Counted from the stretch's first letter, positions 47,640-57,047 are shown. The stretch is 64,000 bases of DNA from a virus (IMGVR_UViG_3300042276_000119:1-64000), one strand, 5' to 3'. The notes: a model not told the origin generated them from the letters alone. Numbers and translations are program-made.

Positions 47640-47715
47640 TGGCACCCTCGGCAGGACTCAAACCTGCAACCAACGGAGTAGAAATCCGATGCTCTTTCGA
47701 TTGAGCTACGAGGGC
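47640..47715 (-). tRNA. tRNA-Arg(TCT)
   Basis: GCCCTCG/CGAGGGT acceptor, GCTC/GAGC D-stem, loop TTTCTAC, GCAGG-TTTGAGT-CCTGC, CCA. Confidence 0.88.
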
Positions 47716-47724
47716 TTTAAAGGT

Positions 47725-47935
47725 AAGTGGATCACACTGCCGGTGTCTTAAACGCCCGGCGCACCAACAATTGGTAAGGGAGTAACGGCAGATGAACCAC
47801 TTGGGGTGTTGGGTCGGCTGTAAGCAGAACGCCTATTCCGACAACACTGACTAGATGTTAAGTAGAAAAAGTTTAAGTTCTTCCGACCCAACACTCCGAG
47901 TGATTCAGGCTCTGACCGGCCGAAGCCGGTCAGAG
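47725..47935 (-). ncRNA. Candidate structured RNA(s) upstream of the tRNAs
   Basis: Long stems: AAGTGG..CTGCCG/CGGCAG..CCACTT (47725-47802), GTGTTGGGTCGG/CCGACCCAACAC (47806-47894), cUUCGg hairpin 47910-47935. Confidence 0.5.
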
Positions 47936-47949
47936 AAAAACTCTACCGA

Positions 47950-48747
47950 TTACTTGGCGAGTTTGAAGTTCCACGGGTAGAACCCGTTGTTACCGTGCTT
48001 CACCTTCTTGCCGACAGATGCTTCGATCTCGAAAGCGTCGAAGCCACCGTACAGCTTGGCACCGCGAGCCATGACACCAGCGAAACGGCCTTGGCCAGAC
48101 TTCGGGATGGACAGCATCACTGTTTCGCCTACCAGCTCCTGAGCCTGCTCAGAAGTCGGGTCTGCTTCAAGGATGGTCGCTACCACGTCAACGTATTTCT
48201 TGATGACGGGACGGTAGTTTTCTTCGCCGGAGTCAGCAGCCCACTGTGCCAGCATAGCCTCAGCAGATGTGCCATCAGCCTTGGTCATGCCAGTGGCGTC
48301 GTAGGTCATGTAGTGCTCGGCATCGTCATCATCAGTTTCTGAGATGCGGTAACGAGCACGAGTGCTTTCAGCCTGGAAGACGAAAGACTTACCCAAGTTG
48401 GATTCGTCATCGCCCAACATCTGGAAGAAGCCTTCACCAGGCAGGTTGATTACCGGGAAAGAGAACGCATCAAGTTCCAAGCCTTCAAAGCCCTGTTCAG
48501 CAGCGACTTTGGTGAAGTTGTAGCCACCCAGCATCGGCGCCGCTGCGGCAGGGCGAGCTGCTACTGCGGTGTTTGCCTGGACGGCCGGGGCTTTCACTTC
48601 TTCAACATTGACTGCTTCAGCTACAACTTCCTCAGCAACGGCTTCAACACCAGCTGCGGAGACTTCCTGAATGGTTTCCTGTGCAACTTCCTGAGTGACT
48701 ACAGTTTCAACTTCAGTCGCGGTTACGGTCGGTTTTGCAAGTGCCAT
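47950..48747 (-). CDS. Highly expressed replication-module protein, possibly ssDNA-binding
   Basis: Own promoter and ACCA leader, biased codons, Ala/Glu-rich N-terminus, beta-rich core; function inferred from context only. Confidence 0.5.
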   Translation of the reverse strand: MALAKPTVTATEVETVVTQEVAQETIQEVSAAGVEAVAEEVVAEAVNVEEVKAPAVQANTAVAARPAAAAPMLGGYNFTKVAAEQGFEGLELDAFSFPVINLPGEGFFQMLGDDESNLGKSFVFQAESTRARYRISETDDDDAEHYMTYDATGMTKADGTSAEAMLAQWAADSGEENYRPVIKKYVDVVATILEADPTSEQAQELVGETVMLSIPKSGQGRFAGVMARGAKLYGGFDAFEIEASVGKKVKHGNNGFYPWNFKLAK

Positions 48748-48829
48748 GATATTCACCTTTGGTCTTTGGTTAGGGACTTTCAATTTCATTTTCATCGTCT
48801 TGCCTACCGTCAAATGCGATAGGTACAAG

Positions 48830-48883
48830 TATTTAAATGCAGAATGTACATTGTGTCAATATGTACAAGTGCATATTTTGCAC
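48830..48883 (-). promoter_or_regulatory. sigma70-like promoter with TGTACA operators
   Basis: TTGACA (48859-48854)-N17-TTAAAT, flanked by TGTACA copies. Confidence 0.6.
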
Positions 48884-48892
48884 ATTACGCTG

Positions 48893-50458
48893 CTACTCGC
48901 CCATAAGTTCGTGAAGCAGCTTACGTTTATCACGCATCACCTCGTTGTTTACGAGGTCTTTCTTCAGGAGGGTACGGACGTGCCCCCCGGAAATCGTCTT
49001 CATCACCCGGAAGAAATAGGCGATGACTTGGTGTTTCTGGCCCGAGCGGTCTGCCCTGGCGATGGCCTGATAGGCATCTTTGGGTACCGTGGGCACCTCT
49101 GCAAACAGGATGTAGTGCGCTGCACTCTGCAGGTTCAACCCGGCCCCACCAGACTGCCAGTTGACCACTATCACCCTGCAGCTGTCGTCCTCCAGAAACT
49201 TCTTCCGGTTGGCATCTTTATCTGCAGATGTGCCGTTGATCACAGCAGGGTTGAACTGCTCGTAGTGCTTGGCCAGCGCCGCCACCGTTGCCTTGTAGTA
49301 AGCAAAGATGATGACCTTCTTCTTGCTCAGGTCGATACCTTCGATCACTGTATCCATGCTCTGACGTAGAGCATTTGCAGGTGCCTTCTCAGTGTACATC
49401 TCTGGCACGGACACCAACTGCTTCGCCAACTGCCGCATCTTGGAGTCGTTGATCGCGTCGATTCTGCCTTCTGGCAGGTCGAGCATCCTCTGCTTGATCA
49501 CCTGGTCGTAGAGCTTCTTGTGAGCGGTCTCCAGATGTACCTTCACCTCAATGATCTGGGGTTCTGATACCGTCCTGAACACCTCGCTGGAGACCCTCAC
49601 AGCATTCTGATACAGGTTCTCGTGCAGTAGGTCCAGGTTCTTGAATCCAAGCACATGCCTGAACTTGCTGTCATTGTCGAGTATGACATGTTGCCGGTCG
49701 AAAGCCCGCTTTGACGGGTACGCCTCCGGGGTTTTCAGTCTGATCAAGCCGAACGTGTCCTCCGGGGTGTTGCCGGATGGAGTGCCGGTGGCCAGGTACA
49801 AGATGTGCTCGCCCACCGTGTCGGTGACATACTCCCAGAACCGCTGGTGTATCTGACTGCCGGGGTTCTTCAAGGCGTGGGCCTCGTCAGCGATGAGTAC
49901 GTTGTAGCCGGCCCGTTTCAGTGTGTCCCAGTTTGGGTTGGGTACTTTGACCTTCTTGGGTCTGGGCCGACCCTCTTCTTTCACCATTTTGGTGTGCGTC
50001 TTTCGCTGATCTGAGTACTTCCTGAACATCTCGTAGGACATAATCAGGATGTCAGGCCAGCCGTCTTCGTCCCATTGGGCAATTAATTGCTCCCGCTTTT
50101 TGACAGGTTCGTCGAGCAGGTGGATTTTAAGGTGGTCGTGAATCCCGACGAAGAAATCAGCGAACGTCTCAGCGAACTGGCCGCACAGCGTGGGCGGCAT
50201 CACCACACACACTTTGTTGCCATAGAACGCATAGGTCACCGCAGCGAACTGCATGGGAAAGGTCTTCCCAGTGCCTGGGTCAGAGAAGTCAGCGAACCGC
50301 TCGTAACGAAACATCTGCTGCATCGTCTGAAACTGCCAGGGGAACGGCTGGTATGGCAGTTTGACTTGCTTGGCCCACTGAGGGGCGTCGGTGATACCGA
50401 CGCCGCACATCAGGTCATAGAGAGCAGTCTCTGCAGGTTGCACAGCGGCTTCACTCAT
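48893..50458 (-). CDS. SNF2-like SF2 helicase
   Basis: DPGTGKT, IADEAH, ATGTP, SGGAGLNL, QAIARADRSGQ. Confidence 0.9.
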   Translation of the reverse strand: MSEAAVQPAETALYDLMCGVGITDAPQWAKQVKLPYQPFPWQFQTMQQMFRYERFADFSDPGTGKTFPMQFAAVTYAFYGNKVCVVMPPTLCGQFAETFADFFVGIHDHLKIHLLDEPVKKREQLIAQWDEDGWPDILIMSYEMFRKYSDQRKTHTKMVKEEGRPRPKKVKVPNPNWDTLKRAGYNVLIADEAHALKNPGSQIHQRFWEYVTDTVGEHILYLATGTPSGNTPEDTFGLIRLKTPEAYPSKRAFDRQHVILDNDSKFRHVLGFKNLDLLHENLYQNAVRVSSEVFRTVSEPQIIEVKVHLETAHKKLYDQVIKQRMLDLPEGRIDAINDSKMRQLAKQLVSVPEMYTEKAPANALRQSMDTVIEGIDLSKKKVIIFAYYKATVAALAKHYEQFNPAVINGTSADKDANRKKFLEDDSCRVIVVNWQSGGAGLNLQSAAHYILFAEVPTVPKDAYQAIARADRSGQKHQVIAYFFRVMKTISGGHVRTLLKKDLVNNEVMRDKRKLLHELMGE

Positions 50459-53270
50459 CGTAGCCCTCCTCATCCTCCTCTCGGAAGTTGTTGATCTGGA
50501 TGCCCTTTGTGCGCATTCCGAGCAGGTCCATCCGGGTTACAGATGTACCTTCCCGAGTCGGGTGTGGTCCGTCGCCAAGGTGGTAGTTCTCTCCACGCAG
50601 CAGTGTGCGCAGTTGCCCGGCGTTGGCCACCACTGGTCGGTCTCCAATACTGCGGGAGAACTTGGCATACATCGGGAACGCCAGCTGGGTGTCTACCATC
50701 AGTTCGTTGCCACGTCGGAAGTAGTGCAGGCCAGGTATCAGGCGCTCTGCTACGCTCGACGGCTGCGCAGCCATGGTGGACATGGCTTCGATAACGATAT
50801 CGGACTCTGAACGGGACTTCTCCTTGCTGATGTTGTCCTGCTCTTCGCAGAGCCATTCCAACAGACCGTCAATCAGTTCCTGAATCTCATCGTGTACACC
50901 CAGCTCCAGCGTATCAGTGACCGTCTGCAGCCACTCCAGACCGGTCAGGACCACCGTGTAGGAGTAGTGTGCCCGGGTACCTACTGCAGTAGGTACCCGA
51001 GGAGCGTACTTGGCCATAATGGTGTGCACCGGTCGCTGCGTGGTTCTCAGTGCGGTTGCCACCATCTCTTTGCCCAGATCAGCCAGCCTGTGCCGCATCT
51101 CGAACGCATACATGAAGTTGCTTTCGCGCCCCGGCACCTCTCGCTGCCGCTGTGACATTCCCACCATCACGGTACGCTGCCGAAGGGCAGGGCGCTCTGG
51201 CGGTTGCTCAGACAGGTACAGGATGGGGCCGGTCAGCTTGACCTTGCTCACCGCTGCCCCGCGATCAGGACGGGAGGACAGGGTGCCCTTCGACTCTTCC
51301 AAGCCAGCCCAGGCGGCTTTCGCCACGCCGACGAACTTGTCGTACACCCGGCGCGGCACCAGTGATGGGTTCACCTCGTCGATGATGCGCACCACAGTGG
51401 TGGAACTGGCTACCATTGCAGTGATCGCATACGGCGTGGTGGTCTCCAAGTCCAGCGGGCTGTCCCGCATTTCGTAGTCACAGCCGTGGAGGTAACCCAT
51501 CAGGTGCGCTGTTTTGGATTTACCGGAGCCGGCGTTGCCGTAAAGGTTCAGCAGAGGGAACTGGTTCAGTTTGGTGATGATCTGCTGCTTCAAGAAGCAG
51601 GCCACTGTCCAGCCCAGACACTGTGCCACTACATGAGGGTCGTTGATCTTGCACAACGCTCTCAGTGTGTCGGCCATCTCCTGGTCCTGGTTCTCTACTC
51701 CGCTTGCAGCGAACAGGGTTGGTGGGGCCTGGATGTTGTCCACCACCAGCTTGTGGGTGCCTATCTCTGACGAGCTGGTCAGGGAGAATGAAGGCTCCAC
51801 ATACACCATGCTCTTGCTCGCCCCGATCCGATACCAGTGGAATCCACTGGCTTTGACTTCGTGAATTTCGCCTATCATGTCGATGTCTCTGAAAATGCTG
51901 TGACGAAGGCGCTGTATCTCAGCGTCGTTTGCGTACACTGCGCAGTTGCCAATACCATTCATGGCTCTGATCAGGCTGGACCTGCTGTTCCACGCATCAT
52001 CTGGAATCATGTGGGTGTGACTGCAGGAATGTCCCTCTCGGTTGAGCCAGAGCACCTTGGCAGATACCCCGGTGCGGAGCTTGCCGCTTTCCTCGGTCTC
52101 TGCTGTGTAGAAGGTGGTAGGTTCGATAGTGAAGGTGGTCAGCTGCTTCTCGCCGGCTTTGAACATCGCAAAATAGCCGGTTGGCCTGGCTTCAATGAAG
52201 TCCAACTCGCCCATCTCGACTGATTCGCCGTCCTGGGTTTTGCAGATGAGGCAGTCGCCACAGGGTCGGATTACCTTGAACAGGGCTCGGCGGCTGAAGA
52301 CGAAGTTCTGATCCTTAAACGCTCGAAAGATGGCCCCTTTGATGTGGCGCAACCGGTCAGCCTCGCTCCGGTAACTGCCGGAGGTCACGTTCTTGGCCAT
52401 CGTTCTGGCCAGGGCCATCCAGCCGTCCCGGTCGTCAATCGTGTATTTAACTTTGACGAACGCAGCCAGCTGCATCGCTGCCTGGTTGAAGTTCGAGCCG
52501 TCCTTATCGCCCTTGGTGATCAGTTTCTGTATGCAGCCGTCCTCTGCAGAGAATTCAGCCAGCAGTTCCTCGTCTATCTGCTCATGGCCTTGGAACTCCA
52601 TGATCTGCTGGTGGACGGCTTTCTGCGCTTGGTCGAACAGGTTCGTCAGGCCGAGAGATGGCATCCCGGAATACTTGTACTCAAGCTCGCGGGACTCACT
52701 GCACAGCTTTTCGTACTTCTGTGGGTTGAGCTGTTCCAGCTCGGCAAAGGTCAACGGGACCTTGTACTGCCCGTTCTCTCGCTGGACGTTGGGGGTACGC
52801 CACATCCGGCCACGACCGCCGCTGTAAACCACCATGTCGAGGTTTTCAACGAAGAGCGACTGTGCCATCTCCCTGTAAATCCAGGGCAGGGCGACAAAGC
52901 ACTTGGTCTTGCCTTGGCCAAACACCTGCTGGTCGATCAGGATGTGGAAACCCTTTTTGCCTGTGGCCCAAATCTGCAGGTCTTGCGGCTGTACACCCTC
53001 TGCCATCAGGTGGGAGCACAGCTCAATAGCCGACTGGATAGAGGCGTTGATGTCTTGCGAGTCGATGTCGAAGTAAAGTGGCCCTCGGTACCGCAGCGAT
53101 TTCGTGTCGAAGTCCTCGTCGTTCTCCGCATATTCGATCATCTGGCCAACCGCCAATATGGTCGTCATCGGCGCAGCTTCGATCATGTGAGCCCACTTGT
53201 TATCGTCCGGGCAGGCCCGCCAAGCGGTCTTCTTCTCTGTGGTGGTTTGGATGTATTTGTACATGGTCAA
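50451..53270 (-). CDS. AEP primase fused to a P-loop helicase
   Basis: YFDID and TGKKGFH (AEP), CGDCLIC, GNAGSGKS Walker A, IIDE Walker B. Confidence 0.85.
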   Translation of the reverse strand: MTMYKYIQTTTEKKTAWRACPDDNKWAHMIEAAPMTTILAVGQMIEYAENDEDFDTKSLRYRGPLYFDIDSQDINASIQSAIELCSHLMAEGVQPQDLQIWATGKKGFHILIDQQVFGQGKTKCFVALPWIYREMAQSLFVENLDMVVYSGGRGRMWRTPNVQRENGQYKVPLTFAELEQLNPQKYEKLCSESRELEYKYSGMPSLGLTNLFDQAQKAVHQQIMEFQGHEQIDEELLAEFSAEDGCIQKLITKGDKDGSNFNQAAMQLAAFVKVKYTIDDRDGWMALARTMAKNVTSGSYRSEADRLRHIKGAIFRAFKDQNFVFSRRALFKVIRPCGDCLICKTQDGESVEMGELDFIEARPTGYFAMFKAGEKQLTTFTIEPTTFYTAETEESGKLRTGVSAKVLWLNREGHSCSHTHMIPDDAWNSRSSLIRAMNGIGNCAVYANDAEIQRLRHSIFRDIDMIGEIHEVKASGFHWYRIGASKSMVYVEPSFSLTSSSEIGTHKLVVDNIQAPPTLFAASGVENQDQEMADTLRALCKINDPHVVAQCLGWTVACFLKQQIITKLNQFPLLNLYGNAGSGKSKTAHLMGYLHGCDYEMRDSPLDLETTTPYAITAMVASSTTVVRIIDEVNPSLVPRRVYDKFVGVAKAAWAGLEESKGTLSSRPDRGAAVSKVKLTGPILYLSEQPPERPALRQRTVMVGMSQRQREVPGRESNFMYAFEMRHRLADLGKEMVATALRTTQRPVHTIMAKYAPRVPTAVGTRAHYSYTVVLTGLEWLQTVTDTLELGVHDEIQELIDGLLEWLCEEQDNISKEKSRSESDIVIEAMSTMAAQPSSVAERLIPGLHYFRRGNELMVDTQLAFPMYAKFSRSIGDRPVVANAGQLRTLLRGENYHLGDGPHPTREGTSVTRMDLLGMRTKGIQINNFREEDEEGYDE

Positions 53271-53530
53271 ACCTCCATCTGAGTTGCGGTGAGTTTCTTA
53301 ACGAATAGCCTGCGGTCTACCAACGAGGTCTGAAAATCAACTTGGGGTTTAAGGCCCCGACGCTGCAGGTAGTGGATGGTACCCACCTGCCGGGATCGGC
53401 CTGCGTTCACTGTGTCTGCGGTAAGGACTTCCACTACTGTGCCTGGATCGACACTTGAATACCGCTCAGCAAAGGCTTCGTAGTCAAACCTGGGCTGAGT
53501 GAAGACAGGGTTACTCATAACAATACTCAC
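53267..53530 (-). CDS. Small hypothetical protein
   Basis: TTGA overlap with the primase gene. Confidence 0.6.
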   Translation of the reverse strand: MSIVMSNPVFTQPRFDYEAFAERYSSVDPGTVVEVLTADTVNAGRSRQVGTIHYLQRRGLKPQVDFQTSLVDRRLFVKKLTATQMEV

Positions 53531-53563
53531 TAATGCCCCGCACCCTTGGATGCGGGGTGCAGG

Positions 53564-54889
53564 TTATACAGCGATAAATTTCTTGCGATTTACATACAGC
53601 TCGTTGGCCGGTCGTGTAGCGCCAACGTAGAGGAGCTTCAATTGCTCCTGCAGGACTTTCTGTTTCTGGATGTCGATCACGTCAAGGAACACGGTGCCGA
53701 AGGTAGAGCCCTGTGACCGGTGAACCGTGATGGCGTAGCAGTGTTTAACCTGGTGGACAGATTCTTTCACCTCCCAGTACATCCCCCAGTCGCCAGTCTT
53801 TTTGGCGTAGGCAGCGATATCTCTCAGGTGTCCGTAGAACTCGTCCTGGTGGTTACGGTGAAGTACATGCACCACAACGTCTCTTGCCTGGGAGTGCAGA
53901 GGTTCGATCACCAGCGTCCACACTGGAAATAGCAGGGAGCTGTTGAACGCGCTGGGCACCACGTCCTGCTCGACAGCTTTAACAACGCATTCTTCATCTG
54001 TAGGGAGCAGTATGTTGCCGTCATCATCTTTAACCACGTCTGTGGTCACCACCCGGTCACCAACGATGAACTGCGGCACCTTTTTGCCGTGCCAGTGTTG
54101 CCTGAAGGCGTGGTTCAGTTCGTCCACACGGCGGTTGGTCCATGCCAACATGCGGCACTTGTCGGTGTCTTCCGGGTCAATGCGATCCAGGGCCAGCTTC
54201 ACAAACGCCGGTCCGAGCGCGGCTTCCACACCTGAACCATCGCTGCCTCTCGACTCCTCGATGGCGGGGAGTCGCTTGCGGTTGTCGATGCAGGAGCGGA
54301 GCTGGTTGGCCAGGGTCAGGATCGGACCGGAGTAGCGCTCAACCTTTGTGAGGGTGTAGGAATCGCCCATATCGAACGCTTCGCAGCGTTGCTCCATAAC
54401 CGGTGGCAGCTGGTAAGGGTCGCCCATGAACAGGATTTTTGTTGGGGTACCCACCACGGCGTCTTCGAGAATGTCCAGCGCCCGGCTCGGGCACATGGAG
54501 GCTTCATCGACTACCACAATGTCGTAGTTGCCGATCTTCGCTTTGCCGGCCCGGACAATGGATTTGCGCTCCTCGTTGGGCAGCACGGCCAGGCCCAGGG
54601 CAGAATGCAGGGTGGAGCAGTCGTACATAACGCCGTATGCGGATGCCATCTTGGCCAACACCCTTACAGCCTTGTTGGTTGGTGCACACAGCAGAATCTT
54701 GCAGCCTTTCTCACGGTAGGGCTCTAAAACGTGAAAAACCGAAGTGGACTTGCCGGTACCGCCTCCGCCTTGCAGCGAGAAGTAACGATTACTGCCTCGG
54801 GCGGGTAAACCCTCGACAACCTTGGTGCTGAGAAACGTATCAATCTTCTGGGTAGCCTCAAGCTGCCCATCATTGAGTTTGATGGTCAT
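53564..54889 (-). CDS. Dda/RecD-like SF1B helicase
   Basis: GGGGTGKS, APTNKA, VVDEASM, GDPYQLPPV, YAITVHRSQGSTF, LYVGATR; start 54889 after the ACCA leader. Confidence 0.92.
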   Translation of the reverse strand: MTIKLNDGQLEATQKIDTFLSTKVVEGLPARGSNRYFSLQGGGGTGKSTSVFHVLEPYREKGCKILLCAPTNKAVRVLAKMASAYGVMYDCSTLHSALGLAVLPNEERKSIVRAGKAKIGNYDIVVVDEASMCPSRALDILEDAVVGTPTKILFMGDPYQLPPVMEQRCEAFDMGDSYTLTKVERYSGPILTLANQLRSCIDNRKRLPAIEESRGSDGSGVEAALGPAFVKLALDRIDPEDTDKCRMLAWTNRRVDELNHAFRQHWHGKKVPQFIVGDRVVTTDVVKDDDGNILLPTDEECVVKAVEQDVVPSAFNSSLLFPVWTLVIEPLHSQARDVVVHVLHRNHQDEFYGHLRDIAAYAKKTGDWGMYWEVKESVHQVKHCYAITVHRSQGSTFGTVFLDVIDIQKQKVLQEQLKLLYVGATRPANELYVNRKKFIAV

Positions 54890-54921
54890 GGTCGTTCCTT
54901 TTTGGTCTGGTCTTTTGGTCG

Positions 54922-54971
54922 TGTACAAATGTACAAAGGCACATTAAAGCGTTAGCACGTCAGTAAGTCAA
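54922..54971 (-). promoter_or_regulatory. sigma70-like promoter with downstream TGTACA operator
   Basis: TTGACT-N17-TTTAAT, then TGTACATTTGTACA near +1. Confidence 0.65.
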
Positions 54972-54992
54972 CGCAATAATGTTTCGGAGGTG

Positions 54993-55265
54993 TTACGGGA
55001 ATGTAACGTCGTGGATGCGATCTGAGATGAGTGTCAGTTTAGCGTAGGTCTGAAAGTCTGGAGCTATAGAGTGCATTGCGAGTTCTGACGAATCATCAAT
55101 AGCTATTGAGTCCCCACCTATATACACCCACTGATCTTCCTCAGTTTTGTCTGGCTGAGTAATCTTCAGATTTGCACCACCGTTGAGGTGGTCCACTTCT
55201 TTGAGTTGGTATTGGGCACCGTCAATCTTCAGGGTTTGCCCGATCTTGATAGAGATGTGAAGCAT
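54993..55265 (-). CDS. Small beta-rich protein with CsrA-like N-terminus
   Basis: MLHISIKIGQTLKIDG resembles CsrA MLILTRRVGETLMIG; AAGGA RBS. Confidence 0.45.
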   Translation of the reverse strand: MLHISIKIGQTLKIDGAQYQLKEVDHLNGGANLKITQPDKTEEDQWVYIGGDSIAIDDSSELAMHSIAPDFQTYAKLTLISDRIHDVTFP

Positions 55266-55500
55266 ACGCGTTCCTTTTGGCTATGGCTTGCTGTTCTGCA
55301 AGTCTGAGGTGTTTTCGTTGGTAGTACCAATTCACAAAGAAGGTTGCCATGCCTAAGACAACCCCGAATGCGAGGGCGTTGTTGTTCAAGAAATCCAGCA
55401 TACCCGCTGCAGTGAGTCCACCACTGGCTGTGTACGAAACTCCAGTGCTAACTTTAGCTGCAAGGGTAGTCGTGTGTTCTGATAGAGTAGGGCCTGCCAT
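55222..55500 (-). CDS. Holin (class II-like)
   Basis: TGVSY.ASGG...GVVLGMATFFVNWYYQRK; coupled to the endolysin. Confidence 0.85.
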   Translation of the reverse strand: MAGPTLSEHTTTLAAKVSTGVSYTASGGLTAAGMLDFLNNNALAFGVVLGMATFFVNWYYQRKHLRLAEQQAIAKRNAYASHLYQDRANPED

Positions 55501-55988
55501 TATCGAACCACCTCTACGTGAGGGAGGTCAATAAATGACTGGTCCAAACGGTCGTGATCTCTGTCCCAATCGTCTCCGAAGCGTAGCTTTACGCCGTGCA
55601 CCTTACCGAACGCCATGAGAACCCCCTTCATCGTGGCGTATTCCTGCAGGACGAGTTCCCAGATGCGTTTTTCAGTTTTGCCGGTGGCTTTGGCAAGCGC
55701 TTTGATCTGGTCGGGGTGCCCGGAGAGGGCGGATGAAACCCGGATACCTGCCAGGTTTGTGACGTAGGGCCATAGGTCTACAGCGTCTGATGGGTAGGTG
55801 TTGTGTTTTCCGTTTGGCCACTTTACCTTGGTAACACCTTTGGCAAAGTACCGGTCTTGGGTCTCTTGGTCACGGTGACCTTCAATCATGGAGAAGTTGT
55901 AGACCTGAATAGCAGAATCTACTATCAACTTCAGCTCATCGCAGAGGGTTTCCCGTACTTCTGATGACTTGCGACCGAATGAAAACAT
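55500..55988 (-). CDS. Endolysin, M15 peptidase (T5-like L-Ala-D-Glu type)
   Basis: EGHR...Q, KH....DAVDL, RFGDDW...FIDLPHVE Zn-peptidase motifs. Confidence 0.9.
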   Translation of the reverse strand: MFSFGRKSSEVRETLCDELKLIVDSAIQVYNFSMIEGHRDQETQDRYFAKGVTKVKWPNGKHNTYPSDAVDLWPYVTNLAGIRVSSALSGHPDQIKALAKATGKTEKRIWELVLQEYATMKGVLMAFGKVHGVKLRFGDDWDRDHDRLDQSFIDLPHVEVVR

Positions 55989-56066
55989 GGCGGGCTCGTG
56001 TGTTGGTTGTTCATAATGTACAAATGTACATTTTGCAACCGAACTTTTCCACCCTACGTTTTTGGG

Positions 56067-56432
56067 CTATTTGACCAGTTTGAGTACCGGTCGAGGCCGC
56101 TTGCTGTCGCTTTCCCTTGTAGCTTGCGCCGTTTTCTTCCTGTGCAGGTTCATAGCATGTCTTGCTGAATTGGCCATTCCAGAGTGAATTATTTCCATCA
56201 GCAAGTCTCGCGGTTGCAGGTTGTGCTGTCTGGCGTGACTGATCAGGATTGCCCAATCCATTGGACTGAACGACTCCACGATGTCCCTGGGCAAAACGGA
56301 TTCGATGTCCAGCAACAGGCGCTCCACTGCTGGCAGCAGGCTTTCAACCGTGTAGGTCTTGCCTTGCTGGGCCGCGCTCATGCTCATGCACTCACATATT
56401 TGGGTTGTCAGTCTTCTCATGGGTCCTGCCAA
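56067..56432 (-). CDS. Hypothetical protein
   Basis: In operon; ends RPRPVLKLVK; start uncertain. Confidence 0.55.
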   Translation of the reverse strand: MAGPMRRLTTQICECMSMSAAQQGKTYTVESLLPAVERLLLDIESVLPRDIVESFSPMDWAILISHARQHNLQPRDLLMEIIHSGMANSARHAMNLHRKKTAQATRESDSKRPRPVLKLVK

Positions 56433-56793
56433 ATGGCAAATGGACCACGTTTCCCTTTACAGTGGGCTTGAGGCTCGGTGGTTCGGGTACAAGGTACACG
56501 TCATCCTTCAAATCGGAAAACTGTCTCGCACCTATTACCAGCAAGTCTGTAATGAAGGCTTTACCGCTCATACCTTTGACCATTCCGGCCGGCAGCGCGT
56601 TGATGATGTGGTTCCATTCAGGTTGGGTAAGCTCCATCTCCAGAAGTACCTTCCACAGTTGTGGACCCACCCAATTTCTCATTCTGTGGAACGCGGCTAT
56701 CGCACCACCTCTACCTTGTCCGATCTTTGCTTCCCACTGTGCAAGAAACAGGGTCTCTATTTCTCTTTCAGTGTGTTTTTTGGCCTCAGTCAT
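56392..56793 (-). CDS. Hypothetical protein
   Basis: ACCA leader plus AGGAG RBS. Confidence 0.7.
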   Translation of the reverse strand: MTEAKKHTEREIETLFLAQWEAKIGQGRGGAIAAFHRMRNWVGPQLWKVLLEMELTQPEWNHIINALPAGMVKGMSGKAFITDLLVIGARQFSDLKDDVYLVPEPPSLKPTVKGNVVHLPFGRTHEKTDNPNM

Positions 56794-56816
56794 TGGTCGC
56801 TCCTGTGGTCTTTTGG

Positions 56817-57047
56817 TTATCGTTTACCTTGTGCTCTTTCTTCAAACAGCTTGTCCAGTGCCTCAATAATTATGGCTCTCATCGTGGTGCCTTCTACGGC
56901 GGCTATGACCTTGAGCTTATTTCTGTAGCTCTCTGGTACGTTAACAGGTATTCGTATGTCTGCTCCTGTGCCGCCTTTACCTCCTTTGGAGTTGCTTTTC
57001 GCCTGTTCTAGCAGGGCTTTCAGTTCTGTGTTAGCTGTGTCTGACAT
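56817..57047 (-). CDS. Ribbon-helix-helix DNA-binding protein (ParG-like)
   Basis: Flexible N-terminus, then RIPVNVPESYRNKLKVIAAVEGTTMRAIIIEALD; GGAGG RBS. Confidence 0.85.
   Translation of the reverse strand: MSDTANTELKALLEQAKSNSKGGKGGTGADIRIPVNVPESYRNKLKVIAAVEGTTMRAIIIEALDKLFEERAQGKR

Noticed and set aside
47910-47940. Intrinsic terminator after ORF 47950
   Set aside because: The T-run precedes the hairpin on the transcribed strand; kept only as a stable hairpin.
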